Below are positions 8,158-18,147 of a stretch of DNA of 64,000 nucleotides, in pieces. The notes under the pieces are model-generated. The model did no database searches. It was given only the letters and a program-made list of their open reading frames with translations, and was not told the DNA's origin. The stretch is from the NCBI GenBank assembly GCA_021817825.1, contig JAKAFS010000006.1, forward strand, positions 1,596-65,595, given 5' to 3'. Each line of letters starts with the position of its first letter. The stretch's first letter is position 1. Source of the stretch: Deltaproteobacteria bacterium (GTDB taxonomy: Bacteria; Desulfobacterota; Syntrophia; Syntrophales; UBA5619). The translations under genes were made by a program, and so were the position numbers.

Positions 8158-8937
8158 CTAGTTGAACAGGTAGCGGATCCCGGCAAAGACCCCCTGGAAG
8201 CGGAGGGGCGCCCAGGTCTGGTCGACATCGAACCCCGCAGGGACATTGTTTGCGGAGGCCCGGCCCGCATCGGCAGAGACGCGGCCGAGGTCCGCATACC
8301 GGTAGGAGAGGTCCAGGACGGTCCGTTCCGACAATGCGATCCCCATTCCGATGCCGGCCATCCAGGCGATATCGGTCTTGTTTCCGCCCGGGGTGATGGT
8401 CACCTTGTGCGCTCCGGGGTTGCCGGGAAAGAGATAGGTGACATCGCCCAGTTGGTTGTAGCTGGCCCCGATGCCTCCTCCCAGGTAAGGCTGGAAGCGG
8501 CCGCTGTTCAGACCGAACAACGGCGCCACATCGCAAAAGAGATTGACCATTCCCGTCAGCGCATCGGCGCGGGCCGACACCGGCTGATCGCCCGGCACGC
8601 CCCGGAAATTCGCCTGGCCGCGATACTGCATGTCGGGCCGGTAGTGGACGGCAAATTCGGTTCGCAGCCAGGGAAGAAGCTGCTTGCCCGCAGCCGCCTC
8701 GATGGAGGGAAAACGGCCGAAATCGCCGTAGGCGCCGATCTGGCGTCCGTCGCGTCCGGGACCGGTGCCGAAGAGGGCCGGCGGGTTCTGGGCGGTGGAT
8801 TCCCGGTCGGAAAAGTCGCCGGCCAGGGACCATTCGAATCCCAGTCCTCCGCGCATATACCAGCCGGCGGCGCCGGCGGGGGCGGCGGAACTGGAGAGGA
8901 AGAGCACGGCCAAGAGCAGGAGAAGTAATTTTTTCAT
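8158..8937 (-). CDS. Outer-membrane beta-barrel protein (opacity/OmpA-like porin family)
   Basis: MKKLLLLL signal peptide; FQPYLGGGIG, LDLSYRYADLG, C-terminal GIRYLFN. Confidence 0.82.
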   Translation of the reverse strand: MKKLLLLLLAVLFLSSSAAPAGAAGWYMRGGLGFEWSLAGDFSDRESTAQNPPALFGTGPGRDGRQIGAYGDFGRFPSIEAAAGKQLLPWLRTEFAVHYRPDMQYRGQANFRGVPGDQPVSARADALTGMVNLFCDVAPLFGLNSGRFQPYLGGGIGASYNQLGDVTYLFPGNPGAHKVTITPGGNKTDIAWMAGIGMGIALSERTVLDLSYRYADLGRVSADAGRASANNVPAGFDVDQTWAPLRFQGVFAGIRYLFN

Positions 8938-9037
8938 CGGTTTTGTCACATTCCTTTCAGTTGGAATCCCTCGATCCGTTTTGCTGGTCCTGCCGGTCAG
9001 AATGGAAATGGCGCCTTGGCAGAAGAAGGGACGTCCT

Positions 9038-9691
9038 CTAGCGGTTCCCGTAGAGGTTGTTTTTGACGATGTAATGGCGGACCGCCTCGGGGACGAGGTA
9101 GTGGATCGATTTCCCTTCGCCGGCCCGCTTGCGGATGTTGCTCGACGAAATGTCGAGGAAGGTGACTTCGCGGAAATAGAGGCAGTGGCCCGTTGTGCTG
9201 CGGTATCCCTGCGCCTCTTCGTCATAGGTAAAGTGTGCGGCGAACTCGGGGGGCAGGATGTCAGTGAGCCCCCGGCTGACGTAGCCCGGACGGGTCATGA
9301 CGGCGAAGTTGCAGAGCAGCAGCAGCCGCTCCCAGTCCTTCCAGGATCGGATGGCATGGAAGGCGTCCTGGCCGAGAATGAAGTAGAGTTCGAGATCTTC
9401 CAGCCGGTACTTGTCCAGCAGGTACTCGACGGTTTCCACCGAGTAGGAGGTTCCGCCCCGCCGGTTCTCCACGTCGGAGAAGGAAAAGGCCGGATTGTCC
9501 TCGATGGCCTGGCGGATCATCTGTTCGCGATGGTAGAAGGGGGTCACGGCCGCATCGATCTTGTGGGGCGGCTTGGCTGCGGGAACGAAGATGATCCGGT
9601 TGAGATCGAAGAGCTCCATCACTTCTTGGGCGCAGCGCAGATGCCCGATGTGGATCGGATCGAAGGTGCCCCCGAACAGCCCCCACTTCAT
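9038..9691 (-). CDS. nadD: Nicotinate-nucleotide adenylyltransferase
   Basis: [15 protein letters not shown] (HIGH), [13 protein letters not shown]. Confidence 0.96.
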   Translation of the reverse strand: MKWGLFGGTFDPIHIGHLRCAQEVMELFDLNRIIFVPAAKPPHKIDAAVTPFYHREQMIRQAIEDNPAFSFSDVENRRGGTSYSVETVEYLLDKYRLEDLELYFILGQDAFHAIRSWKDWERLLLLCNFAVMTRPGYVSRGLTDILPPEFAAHFTYDEEAQGYRSTTGHCLYFREVTFLDISSSNIRKRAGEGKSIHYLVPEAVRHYIVKNNLYGNR

Positions 9692-10962
9692 GTGCGTACC
9701 TGACCGTTTCCGTAGATGATGAACTTCGTGGTCGTCAGCTCTTCGAGCCCCATGGGGCCGAAGGCGTGAAGCTTGGTCGTGCTGATGCCGATCTCCGCCC
9801 CGAGCCCGAGCTCGAAGCCGTCGTTGAACCGCGTCGAGGCGTTGACCAGGACGGCCGAGGAGTTGACCTCCCTAAGGAAGCGCTGGGCCCGCTCGTAATG
9901 CTCCGTGACGATCGCCTCGGTGTGGAGGGAGCTGTAGCGTTCGATGTGGGCGATCGCCTCGTCGAGATCCCGGACCACCCGGACCGCCAGGATCAGCGCC
10001 AGATATTCCCGGCCCCAGTCCTCCTCGGTGGCCGCTTCGGCCTGGGGCAAAATCGCCCGCGTCCGCTCGCAGCCTCTCAAAACCACCCCGGCTTTGCCCA
10101 GCGCCTCGGCCACGACGGGCAGGAAGGCCGGCGCGACCGCCTCATGGACGAGCAGCGTCTCCATGGCGTTGCAGACGCCGGGGCGCTGCGTCTTGGCATT
10201 CAGGCAGATCTTGACGGCCTTGGCGAAATCCGCCGTTTCATCCACGAAGGTATGGCAGATCCCTTTGTAGTGCTTGATCACCGGGATCTTCGAGTCCCGG
10301 ACCACGGCGCGGATCAGCTCCTCCCCGCCGCGGGGGATGATGACGTCAATGAATTCCTCCAACTGGAGCAGCGCGTGGATCGCCTCGCGGTCGGTGATCG
10401 GGATCAGTTGGATCGCCTGCTCCGGGATCGCCAGCTCCCGGAGGACCTGCTGGAGGATGGCGGCCAGCGTGCGATTGGAATGGATCGCCTCGGAGCCGCC
10501 CCGGAGGATGACGGCATTGCCCGATTTGAGACACAACGCCGCCGCGTCCACGGTGACGTTGGGTCGCGATTCGTAGATGATGCCGATGACGCCGAGGGGA
10601 ATCCGCATCCGGCCGACGACGAGGCCGTTGGGCCGTTGCGAAAGCCCCAGCACCCGGCCCACCGGATCGGGCAGGGCGGCCACTTCGGCGAGCCCCCGGG
10701 CCATCCCTTGGATGGTGGCCTCGGTCAGCGTGAGCCGGTCGAGCATCGCCGGGGAAAGGCCGTTCCGGCGCGCCTGATCGAGGTCCCGGCTGTTTTCCGC
10801 GATGAGCAGCGCTTGATTGGCCAAAAGGGCCTCCGCCATAGTGCCCAATGCCCGGTTCTTGAGGTCCGTGGAGACCCGGGACAGGAGCGCCGAAGCCTGC
10901 CGGGCCTGGCGGCCTATCTGGGCGATCTGTGCAGCGATATCGGTCATCCGTTCCATCCTCAT
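9688..10962 (-). CDS. proA: Gamma-glutamyl phosphate reductase
   Basis: [49 protein letters not shown]; start may be 10947. Confidence 0.97.
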   Translation of the reverse strand: MRMERMTDIAAQIAQIGRQARQASALLSRVSTDLKNRALGTMAEALLANQALLIAENSRDLDQARRNGLSPAMLDRLTLTEATIQGMARGLAEVAALPDPVGRVLGLSQRPNGLVVGRMRIPLGVIGIIYESRPNVTVDAAALCLKSGNAVILRGGSEAIHSNRTLAAILQQVLRELAIPEQAIQLIPITDREAIHALLQLEEFIDVIIPRGGEELIRAVVRDSKIPVIKHYKGICHTFVDETADFAKAVKICLNAKTQRPGVCNAMETLLVHEAVAPAFLPVVAEALGKAGVVLRGCERTRAILPQAEAATEEDWGREYLALILAVRVVRDLDEAIAHIERYSSLHTEAIVTEHYERAQRFLREVNSSAVLVNASTRFNDGFELGLGAEIGISTTKLHAFGPMGLEELTTTKFIIYGNGQVRT

Positions 10963-11204
10963 TTTGCAGCCGGGCGAAGGGTCGCGAGGCCCGCCTCCTT
11001 TTGCAAAGTAACTATTGACAAATCCAATGGGTTTCGTATAAGAACGCCCATCATTCCGGGGCGAGCGGCGTCAATTTACAGGACTCGGGGAAGCCTGTCA
11101 AGGCCATTCGCCGGGCCTTTTGCACCGGGGAAGGGCTCCGGGGCGCGCCATTTCACGTTCCCGGACCAGCGCGGCGGGAGATTTCACCCCAAAGGAAACA
11201 AACG

Positions 11205-12272
11205 ATGGACGCCATCCGTGTCAAGGCGGGCCGACGGGCCTATGAACTCATCCGCGCAGGCGGTTTCACCCTGGACCAGATCGGGACCTATTTCGGTCCG
11301 GCAGGAGGCCCGCGGTGGCTGGTGGCCAGCGGCTTCGATCTGACTCTATTGGAAGGCGGCCTGCTGGGGAACCGGTATCCCGTCTGGCTCGTCGGCGCGT
11401 CTGCCGGGGCCTGGCGTTTCGCGGCCTGGCTGCAACCGGGGGCGGCCGAGAGCTACCGCGCCTTGCGGGAAGCATACATCACCAGCGTCTACACTCGCAA
11501 AGACACACCGCAGACGATCCGGCAGTCCCTCGTCGATATCGTCAACACCTATGTCGAGGATGACGCGCTTCCCTTTGCCCTGGCCAACAAGAAGTACCGT
11601 CTGGCGATCCTGACCAGCCGGGTCGGCCACCTGATGGCCTCCGAACGCCCCTGGGTGCAGAAGGCGGGATTTGCCTTCTGCTTTCTGGCAAACGCGCTGC
11701 ACCCGGCGCTGATCCATCGGCTGGCCGAGCGGGTCGTCTTCTACTACGGTCCCAAGCCGCCCGATTTCTGCCTGCGGCCGGGATTCAAGGGCAGCTACAT
11801 CCCCCTTTCGGAGATCAATTTCAAAGCCGCGGTCATCGCCTCCGGGGCGATTCCCATTGCGATCGAAGGGGTGCCGGACATCTTCGGCGCGCCGCGCGGC
11901 GTCTATCGGGACGGCGGGCTCATCGACTACCATCTTCGGGAGAACTACGAGACGCGCAACGGCGGGCTGACCCTCTTTTTTCACCATCAGGAACGGATCA
12001 TTCCCGGCTGGATGGATAAAAGGCTCAAGAAACGTCGTCCTCCCGAGTCGGCGCTGGAATCGGTCGTCATGGTCACTCCGTCCGAGGAATTCGTTGCCCG
12101 GCTTCCCGGCGGCCGGATACCGGACCGCACCGATTTTACGACCTTCATGGACGATCCGGCGACCCGGATCGCCCAGTGGCGAAAAGCGGTCGAGTTGTCC
12201 GCCCCGCTCGGCGAGGCGTTTCTGGAATTGATCGCCAGCGGTCGCATCAAGGACGTGGTTGCCAAACTGTAA
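11205..12272 (+). CDS. Patatin-like phospholipase/esterase
   Basis: Gly-rich GPAGGPRW, nucleophile elbow GASAG, DGG motif (YRDGGLIDYH). Confidence 0.82.
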   Translation: MDAIRVKAGRRAYELIRAGGFTLDQIGTYFGPAGGPRWLVASGFDLTLLEGGLLGNRYPVWLVGASAGAWRFAAWLQPGAAESYRALREAYITSVYTRKDTPQTIRQSLVDIVNTYVEDDALPFALANKKYRLAILTSRVGHLMASERPWVQKAGFAFCFLANALHPALIHRLAERVVFYYGPKPPDFCLRPGFKGSYIPLSEINFKAAVIASGAIPIAIEGVPDIFGAPRGVYRDGGLIDYHLRENYETRNGGLTLFFHHQERIIPGWMDKRLKKRRPPESALESVVMVTPSEEFVARLPGGRIPDRTDFTTFMDDPATRIAQWRKAVELSAPLGEAFLELIASGRIKDVVAKL

Positions 12273-12291
12273 GGCCTGAAAGGGGAAAGAG

Positions 12292-12516
12292 ATGTCCGAC
12301 TTCACCGGCCTGGGGAAAATACTGCTCGTGATCGGCCTGGTCGTTGCGGGACTCGGGCTCCTCCTGCTGCTGGCCGGAAAGATCCCCTGGGTCGGGAGAC
12401 TGCCCGGCGACTTTCTTTTCAAGGGCAAGCATGTCACCTTCTATTTCCCCTTGATGACCTCGCTGGTCGTCAGCATCATCCTGACCATCGTCCTTTGGTT
12501 CATCAACCGCCGCTAA
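12292..12516 (+). CDS. DUF2905 family small membrane protein
   Basis: GRLPGDF...FYFPLMTSLVVSIILT signature. Confidence 0.88.
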   Translation: MSDFTGLGKILLVIGLVVAGLGLLLLLAGKIPWVGRLPGDFLFKGKHVTFYFPLMTSLVVSIILTIVLWFINRR

Positions 12517-12566
12517 GGACCGCCGAGGGCTGCGTCACCGGCCATTTTTCAAAAGGAGGCAACCCG

Positions 12567-15308
12567 ATGAAACGATGGCTTGTTATGGTTCCGATCTTAG
12601 GCCTCCTGTTCATGCCGCCGGGGATCGCCTCCGCCGCCGTTCTCAGCCCGACCTACGCCGAATCCCTGCCACTGGCCATCGACCATGCCGCCAACCCCGC
12701 CGGTTGGACCACTGCCTCGCTCTTCGTCATTCCCGACGGGGGCGGGGCCGAAGGGCTGGTCTATGACGGCGGAAAACTGGTCGTCCGGACGGCAACGAAA
12801 TCCAGGAATTTCAAAACGAACTATGTGGGCCAGGCGGGCTACAAGATCTACGGGCCGGCGACGTCCGAGGCGGCCTGGGTGACCACCGGCAACGACGCCA
12901 CCCGCTTTCTGCTCGCCAACGGCGTCACGGGCGCCAATGTGACGACTCTTCTGGAGCGGGGCCTCGGGATGGACGCCACGGGGACCCACGACGCCATCGT
13001 CGAATATGCCGTCGATCCGCAGTATCTCCTGCGGCCGACGCGCAACCCCGACATCACCCAGGTCTTGCCGGCGCAGTACGGGACGAATCTGCCCTTCGTC
13101 AAGCCGGCCGGGATGAGCGATGCGGCCTTCGCCAACTTCAAGGCCTACTATGCCCACTGGCTGGCCGGCGCCTACGGTCCCTACGCCTTTCCCTGGACCC
13201 AGCTCGGTTACACCTTCTTCTGGGGAAACGGCACCTCGCTTACCCAGATCAACGGGATGAGCGAGTTCATCATCCTGGGGCAGAGCCCTGTGGACATCAC
13301 CGGCATCTATGCCACCGGCTCCTATATCTACACCCGGAACAACGGCACGGCCTTCAGCACCGCCGCCGGCGCCTCCTACGGCAACGGCTTTGCCAGCTTC
13401 AAGATCGACGGGACCTGCGACACCCTCTGGGCGGGCCACCGGTTCCAGAAAAACGTCCGGACGGCCAGCGGGACGCCCAACCAGGTGATCATCGAAAGCA
13501 ACGGGAGCCTCTCCGGCGGCCAGGGACTCCTGATCTGGTCGCTCAACTACGACGTCGTCAACAACGGCACGATCAGCGGCGCAACGGTTGACAAATACGG
13601 TCTCGCCGGGACGGCGAACATCGCCGTTCTTTTCAAGGGCGATACGAGCGGCGCTTACGGGACTCCCATTACCACCGCCGGCGCAGTCAACCGCCTCACC
13701 AACAGCGGGACCCTCTCCAGCCCCGGAACGGCGGTCAAGGCCGAGGCGGGAAACACCGTCGTCATCAACAACGCCGGCGGCCTCATCTCCGGCGGGGTCT
13801 ATGCGATCCAGACCGGGGCCGGCGACGATACGGTGACCCTCAACGGCGGCGAGATCGCCGGGCGCACCGATCTGGGGGCGGGGACCGATGCGCTCACGGT
13901 CACGGGAGCGAACCACGCCCGTTTTTCTTTTACCCTGGATACGGACAACGCCTCTTTGCCCCAGGTCGTCAACACCGAGACAGTCACGATCGCCGATAAC
14001 AGCGCGACCCTGGCCGTGCAAGCGACCGGTCGGCGGAACGTCCGGAGCAACGACCGGTTCCTCATCGTCGATGCGACCACCCTTTTTGTCGATCCGGCGA
14101 AACTGACGATCGACAGCGCCCTGCCCATGGTCGCCTTTGCGGCCCAAAAGACGGGAAACCAGCTGGCCCTTGTGGCGGCGCGCAACGCGACCTACTATGG
14201 CCGGAACGCGACGAATCCCTCCTTGGGCGCGGTCCTCGACGCCCTGGGCAACACCGCCTCGGGGGACATGGCTTTGGCCCTCGGGGCCCTCGACCGTTCC
14301 GGCGATCCGGCCGGCAACGCCGCCAAGCTGGAGCCGGTCGTCAACGGGGGAATGGTTCAGACTGGGTTCGGGACGGCCGGACGGTTCACCCAATCCATCG
14401 TCAACCGGATCGGCCAGGTCCTGGCGAGCCATGATACGGGGAGCGGTGTGACGGGCATCGCGGCCGGCGACGAGCCGGCCCGGGAAGGGGTCTGGGGGCA
14501 GGGGTTCGGCGCCGCCTTGCGCCAGGAGCCGCGAGAGGGGAGCGACGGCTATCGGGCGAGCCTCTGGGGCAGCTCCTTCGGCTACGACCGGTTCGTCTTT
14601 CCCCGCCTGCTTCTGGGGTTCGGCGGCGGCTATGGCCGCACGGCCATCACGACCGGCGACCGTCGGACGAGGACCGATGTGGACCACTATCAGGGGAGTC
14701 TCTACGGGAGCCTGACGGGGGAGGGCTATTATCTCGACGGTCTCCTTTCCGTTGCCTACAGCCAGTATGACGCCGCGCGGCATATCGCATTCGACGCGAT
14801 CGACCGGGTCGCAAAAGGGGATTATGCGGGACGGCAGGTGAACGGCTATCTGGAAGGGGGCTATACTTTCGAAAAGGGCGGCTTTGCCGTCACCCCGCTC
14901 CTTTCGCTCCAGGCCCTGCGGCTCCATGTCAACGACTACCGGGAAACGGGGGCCGTCGACCTCGACCTGACCGTGGAAGCCCAGGACTATAACCTTTTTC
15001 AAACGGGCCTCGGGGCCAAGGTGGCCTATCCGATCCAGGGGCGCGAGTTGAGGATCACCCCGGAATTCCATGCCCGGTGGCTCCACGACTTCGCCGGCGA
15101 CCGCCAGCAAACGACCGCCCGGTTTGCCGGCGGCGGCACGGCCTTCGCGACCCAGGGTTGCGAGCCGGCCCGGGACAGCTTCAACGTCGGCGTGAAGCTG
15201 ACCCTGATGACCAAAGACCGGGTGACGGTCTCGCTGAACTATGACTTGGAAAGAAAAACGGACTTCTCCGGCCACAGCGGCACCGTTCATCTCCGCTATG
15301 CCTTCTAG
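12567..15308 (+). CDS. Autotransporter with uncharacterised N-terminal passenger domain
   Basis: AGGAGG RBS, signal peptide, Gly/Asn/Thr-rich beta-helix-like region, C-terminal beta-barrel (VWGQGFG...LRYAF). Confidence 0.9.
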   Translation: MKRWLVMVPILGLLFMPPGIASAAVLSPTYAESLPLAIDHAANPAGWTTASLFVIPDGGGAEGLVYDGGKLVVRTATKSRNFKTNYVGQAGYKIYGPATSEAAWVTTGNDATRFLLANGVTGANVTTLLERGLGMDATGTHDAIVEYAVDPQYLLRPTRNPDITQVLPAQYGTNLPFVKPAGMSDAAFANFKAYYAHWLAGAYGPYAFPWTQLGYTFFWGNGTSLTQINGMSEFIILGQSPVDITGIYATGSYIYTRNNGTAFSTAAGASYGNGFASFKIDGTCDTLWAGHRFQKNVRTASGTPNQVIIESNGSLSGGQGLLIWSLNYDVVNNGTISGATVDKYGLAGTANIAVLFKGDTSGAYGTPITTAGAVNRLTNSGTLSSPGTAVKAEAGNTVVINNAGGLISGGVYAIQTGAGDDTVTLNGGEIAGRTDLGAGTDALTVTGANHARFSFTLDTDNASLPQVVNTETVTIADNSATLAVQATGRRNVRSNDRFLIVDATTLFVDPAKLTIDSALPMVAFAAQKTGNQLALVAARNATYYGRNATNPSLGAVLDALGNTASGDMALALGALDRSGDPAGNAAKLEPVVNGGMVQTGFGTAGRFTQSIVNRIGQVLASHDTGSGVTGIAAGDEPAREGVWGQGFGAALRQEPREGSDGYRASLWGSSFGYDRFVFPRLLLGFGGGYGRTAITTGDRRTRTDVDHYQGSLYGSLTGEGYYLDGLLSVAYSQYDAARHIAFDAIDRVAKGDYAGRQVNGYLEGGYTFEKGGFAVTPLLSLQALRLHVNDYRETGAVDLDLTVEAQDYNLFQTGLGAKVAYPIQGRELRITPEFHARWLHDFAGDRQQTTARFAGGGTAFATQGCEPARDSFNVGVKLTLMTKDRVTVSLNYDLERKTDFSGHSGTVHLRYAF

Positions 15309-15542
15309 AAGAGAGTTCCTGATTCCCCTGGTGAAATACGCTGCCCACGCCGAGGGCTGGCGCGATCGGCGGCGATCGCTCCTGGCGCTGCCGTTCTGTT
15401 CGTCACCGTAAAGGGCAAACAGGGTTCGGCGGCTCGACGGTCGCTGTTAACGCCCTCTTCGGAGAGGACCGCCGGGTATAGGAAGGAAGAGATCAAGCCG
15501 ACGGAGGGACCGGAGCGGATCCGGAAGGCAACGGAAAGGGGG

Positions 15543-16493
15543 ATGGGAATGAAAGAGGTGGATGAAAGCGGACGGGTGGCAATTCTCCAAAGGGGTCGGG
15601 AGCGGTGCGTCCTTTGCCCCCATCTGTGCCGGACGGACCGGGCGGCGGGTGAAAAGGGGTTCTGCCGGCTCGGCGCCGAAATGGTGATCCATTCGGCCCT
15701 GCCCCACCACGGCGAAGAGCCGCCCCTTTCGGGAAGCCGGGGCGCCGGGACGATCTTCTTTTCCTCCTGCAACCTCAGATGCCGCTACTGCCAGAACCAC
15801 CAGATCAGCCACTTCCCGGCGGGGCAGACCGTCTCCGTGGAGGAACTGACCGGGATCATGCTGGCCCTTGCGGCCAAAGGCTGCCACAACATCGAGCCCG
15901 TGACGCCGACCCCTCACCTGCCGGGCATCATGGCGGCCACTCTTGCCGCCCGCAGGCAGGGGCTCCGCCTGCCTCTCGTCTTTAACTGCGGCGGGTACGA
16001 ACGCGAGAAGATCATCGGCCTCCTTGCGGGCATGGTGGACATCTATCTTCCCGATTTCAAATACGGCATTGCCGAGGCGGGCCGGCTCTTCTCCGGGGTG
16101 CGCGACTATCCCCGCCATGCCCTGGCTTCCCTCAAGGAGATGGTCCGCCAGGTCGGCGACGAGCTTTCGACTGAAGAGGGGATCGCCCAGCGCGGCATTC
16201 TGGTCCGCCATCTCGTCCTGCCGGGGCATGTCGACAACAGCCTGGCGGTCCTCAAGCTGATCCGGGAGGTCTCGCCTTATGTCCCCTTGAGCCTCATGTC
16301 CCAGTACACGCCGATCCCGGCGGTCGCTCGCCATCCCCAGCTGGGACGGCGGGTGAGCCGCAAGGAGTACGAGCAGGTGGTCAATGCCGCCTGCGACATG
16401 GGATTCGAGGAGCTCTACACCCAGGAGGTCGACGACCGGGAACTGGTTCCCGATTTTGACCGCGACAGGCCCTTCGACTGGGACGGAAAATAA
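15543..16493 (+). CDS. Radical SAM protein, PflX-like
   Basis: CVLCPHLC N-terminus, HHGEEPPLSG..GAGTIFFSSCNLRCRYCQN, DIYLPDFKY, LVRHLVLPG. Confidence 0.9.
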   Translation: MGMKEVDESGRVAILQRGRERCVLCPHLCRTDRAAGEKGFCRLGAEMVIHSALPHHGEEPPLSGSRGAGTIFFSSCNLRCRYCQNHQISHFPAGQTVSVEELTGIMLALAAKGCHNIEPVTPTPHLPGIMAATLAARRQGLRLPLVFNCGGYEREKIIGLLAGMVDIYLPDFKYGIAEAGRLFSGVRDYPRHALASLKEMVRQVGDELSTEEGIAQRGILVRHLVLPGHVDNSLAVLKLIREVSPYVPLSLMSQYTPIPAVARHPQLGRRVSRKEYEQVVNAACDMGFEELYTQEVDDRELVPDFDRDRPFDWDGK

Positions 16494-16511
16494 AGGCGCG
16501 AAGGAGAGGGG

Positions 16512-17174
16512 TTACCGATCGAGGATCGGACCGTCCAGATCGCCTGCCTGGCTGTAGCCCGACCGTTCCCAGTAGCCCCGGTAGTTTGTGTTCCTGGACA
16601 GCTCGATCCGCACGATCCAGCGCGCCCACTTGTAGCCCCATTTGTCCTGCGCCACGAGAATGAACGGATAGCCCTGCTCTTTCGGCAGGGTGAGGCCGTT
16701 GATCCGATCGGCGATGATCAGGTCCCGTGCCAGGACCTCCTTGAGCGGCAGCGAGGTGTCGTAGCCGTCGGCGCAGTGGAAGACGACGGTGACGGCTTCG
16801 GGTTTGGGCGGCGCCGCCTTGAGGAGTTCTCTGAGGGGGATCCCTTCCCAGAGGGCCTTGACGGTCCAGCCCTCGACGCAGTTGAGCTCGATCAGCCGCT
16901 TTGTGTGCGGCATTTTCTGGAGTTCGCCGTAGCTGAAGGCCGCTTTTTTTTCCGTCAGCCCATCGATCAACAGGCGATACTTTCCGATATCGACGGCCGG
17001 GGCGCCTTGGATCGAGTTCTCGTGGAAGTCGGTAACGGAACCGAGCTTTTGCCCCTCGTATTCCCTGATTTCGACAGCCTTCAACGGTTGGGGCGCGGCG
17101 GCCAACAGGGGTGCGGGTCCGGCGGCGCTGACCATCGTTCCCAGCAGCAGGCAGAGCCAGTGTTTTGCAGTCAT
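16512..17174 (-). CDS. Molybdopterin-dependent oxidoreductase (sulfite oxidase family, MsrP/YuiH-like)
   Basis: LNCVEGW Mo-ligating Cys motif, QGYPFILV, KWGYKWARWI, GYWERSGY; alternative start 17192. Confidence 0.88.
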   Translation of the reverse strand: MTAKHWLCLLLGTMVSAAGPAPLLAAAPQPLKAVEIREYEGQKLGSVTDFHENSIQGAPAVDIGKYRLLIDGLTEKKAAFSYGELQKMPHTKRLIELNCVEGWTVKALWEGIPLRELLKAAPPKPEAVTVVFHCADGYDTSLPLKEVLARDLIIADRINGLTLPKEQGYPFILVAQDKWGYKWARWIVRIELSRNTNYRGYWERSGYSQAGDLDGPILDR

Positions 17175-17353
17175 CCTTTCCTCCTTGCCCAAGGGGATTT
17201 TGCTTCATCCCCTAGTCGCAGTGTACCTCTTCCCGGCGGCACAAGCCAATACAATTTGAACCTTTTCACCGGCAGGGAAAAGCCTTTTTCCGATTGACAG
17301 GACTTTCGCTTCATCCTATTGTTTATAAAACGAAACAGGGAGGGAGAATCACC

Positions 17354-18121
17354 ATGCAGATCAAAGATGTGAACGCAGTCATCACAGGGGGCGCCTCCGG
17401 CCTGGGAGAAGCGACCACCCGCAGTTTGGTGTCCATGGGCGCCAAGGTGGCGATCTTCGACATCGCCGTGGAACGCGGCGAGAAGCTGGCCGCCGAACTG
17501 GGCCGGAACTGTCTGTATGCGAACGCCGACGTGACGAACGACGAGGCCAGCCGGGCGGGCATCGCCCGGACCATGGCCGCCTTCGGAAAGATCAACCTGG
17601 CGGTCAACTGCGCCGGCGTTGCCGATCCCGGCAAGATTCTCTCGAAGAAAGGGCCCCTGTCGCTCGAACTCTTCAACCGCGTGGTTCAGATCAATCTCGT
17701 CGGGACGCTGAATATCATCCGTCTGGCCGTCGAACAGATGGTCAAGAACGAACCGAACGAAGAGGGGGAAAAGGGGGTCATCGTCAATACCTCTTCCGCT
17801 GCGGCCTTCGACGGTCAGGTCGGTCAGGCGGCCTACGCGGCCTCCAAGGCCGGGGTCGTCGGAATGACGCTGCCCATCGCCCGGGAGTGCGCCGACTATG
17901 GGATTCGGGTCATGACCATCGCCCCGGGGCTTTTCGACACGCCGATGATGGCGGGACTTCCCGAGAGCGTCCGGGTAGGGCTGGCCCAGACGGTGCCCTT
18001 TCCGAAGCGGCTGGGAAAACCGTCGGAGTTCGCCCTGCTCGTCCGCCAGATCATCGAAAATCCGATGCTCAACGGCGAGTGCATCCGGCTCGACGGTTCG
18101 GTCCGCATGGCGGCAAAATAA
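17354..18121 (+). CDS. SDR-family 3-hydroxyacyl-CoA dehydrogenase (HSD10/type II-like)
   Basis: [43 protein letters not shown]. Confidence 0.92.
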   Translation: MQIKDVNAVITGGASGLGEATTRSLVSMGAKVAIFDIAVERGEKLAAELGRNCLYANADVTNDEASRAGIARTMAAFGKINLAVNCAGVADPGKILSKKGPLSLELFNRVVQINLVGTLNIIRLAVEQMVKNEPNEEGEKGVIVNTSSAAAFDGQVGQAAYAASKAGVVGMTLPIARECADYGIRVMTIAPGLFDTPMMAGLPESVRVGLAQTVPFPKRLGKPSEFALLVRQIIENPMLNGECIRLDGSVRMAAK

Positions 18122-18147
18122 TAAGGCCATTTTCCCGGGAGGAGGCC

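Noticed and set aside
15400-15450. AAAGGGCAAAC...GACG segment reminiscent of a c-di-GMP-I riboswitch upstream of the radical SAM gene
   Set aside because: Lacks the GAAA tetraloop stem and the GACGCAAAG/receptor helix; only a short motif match
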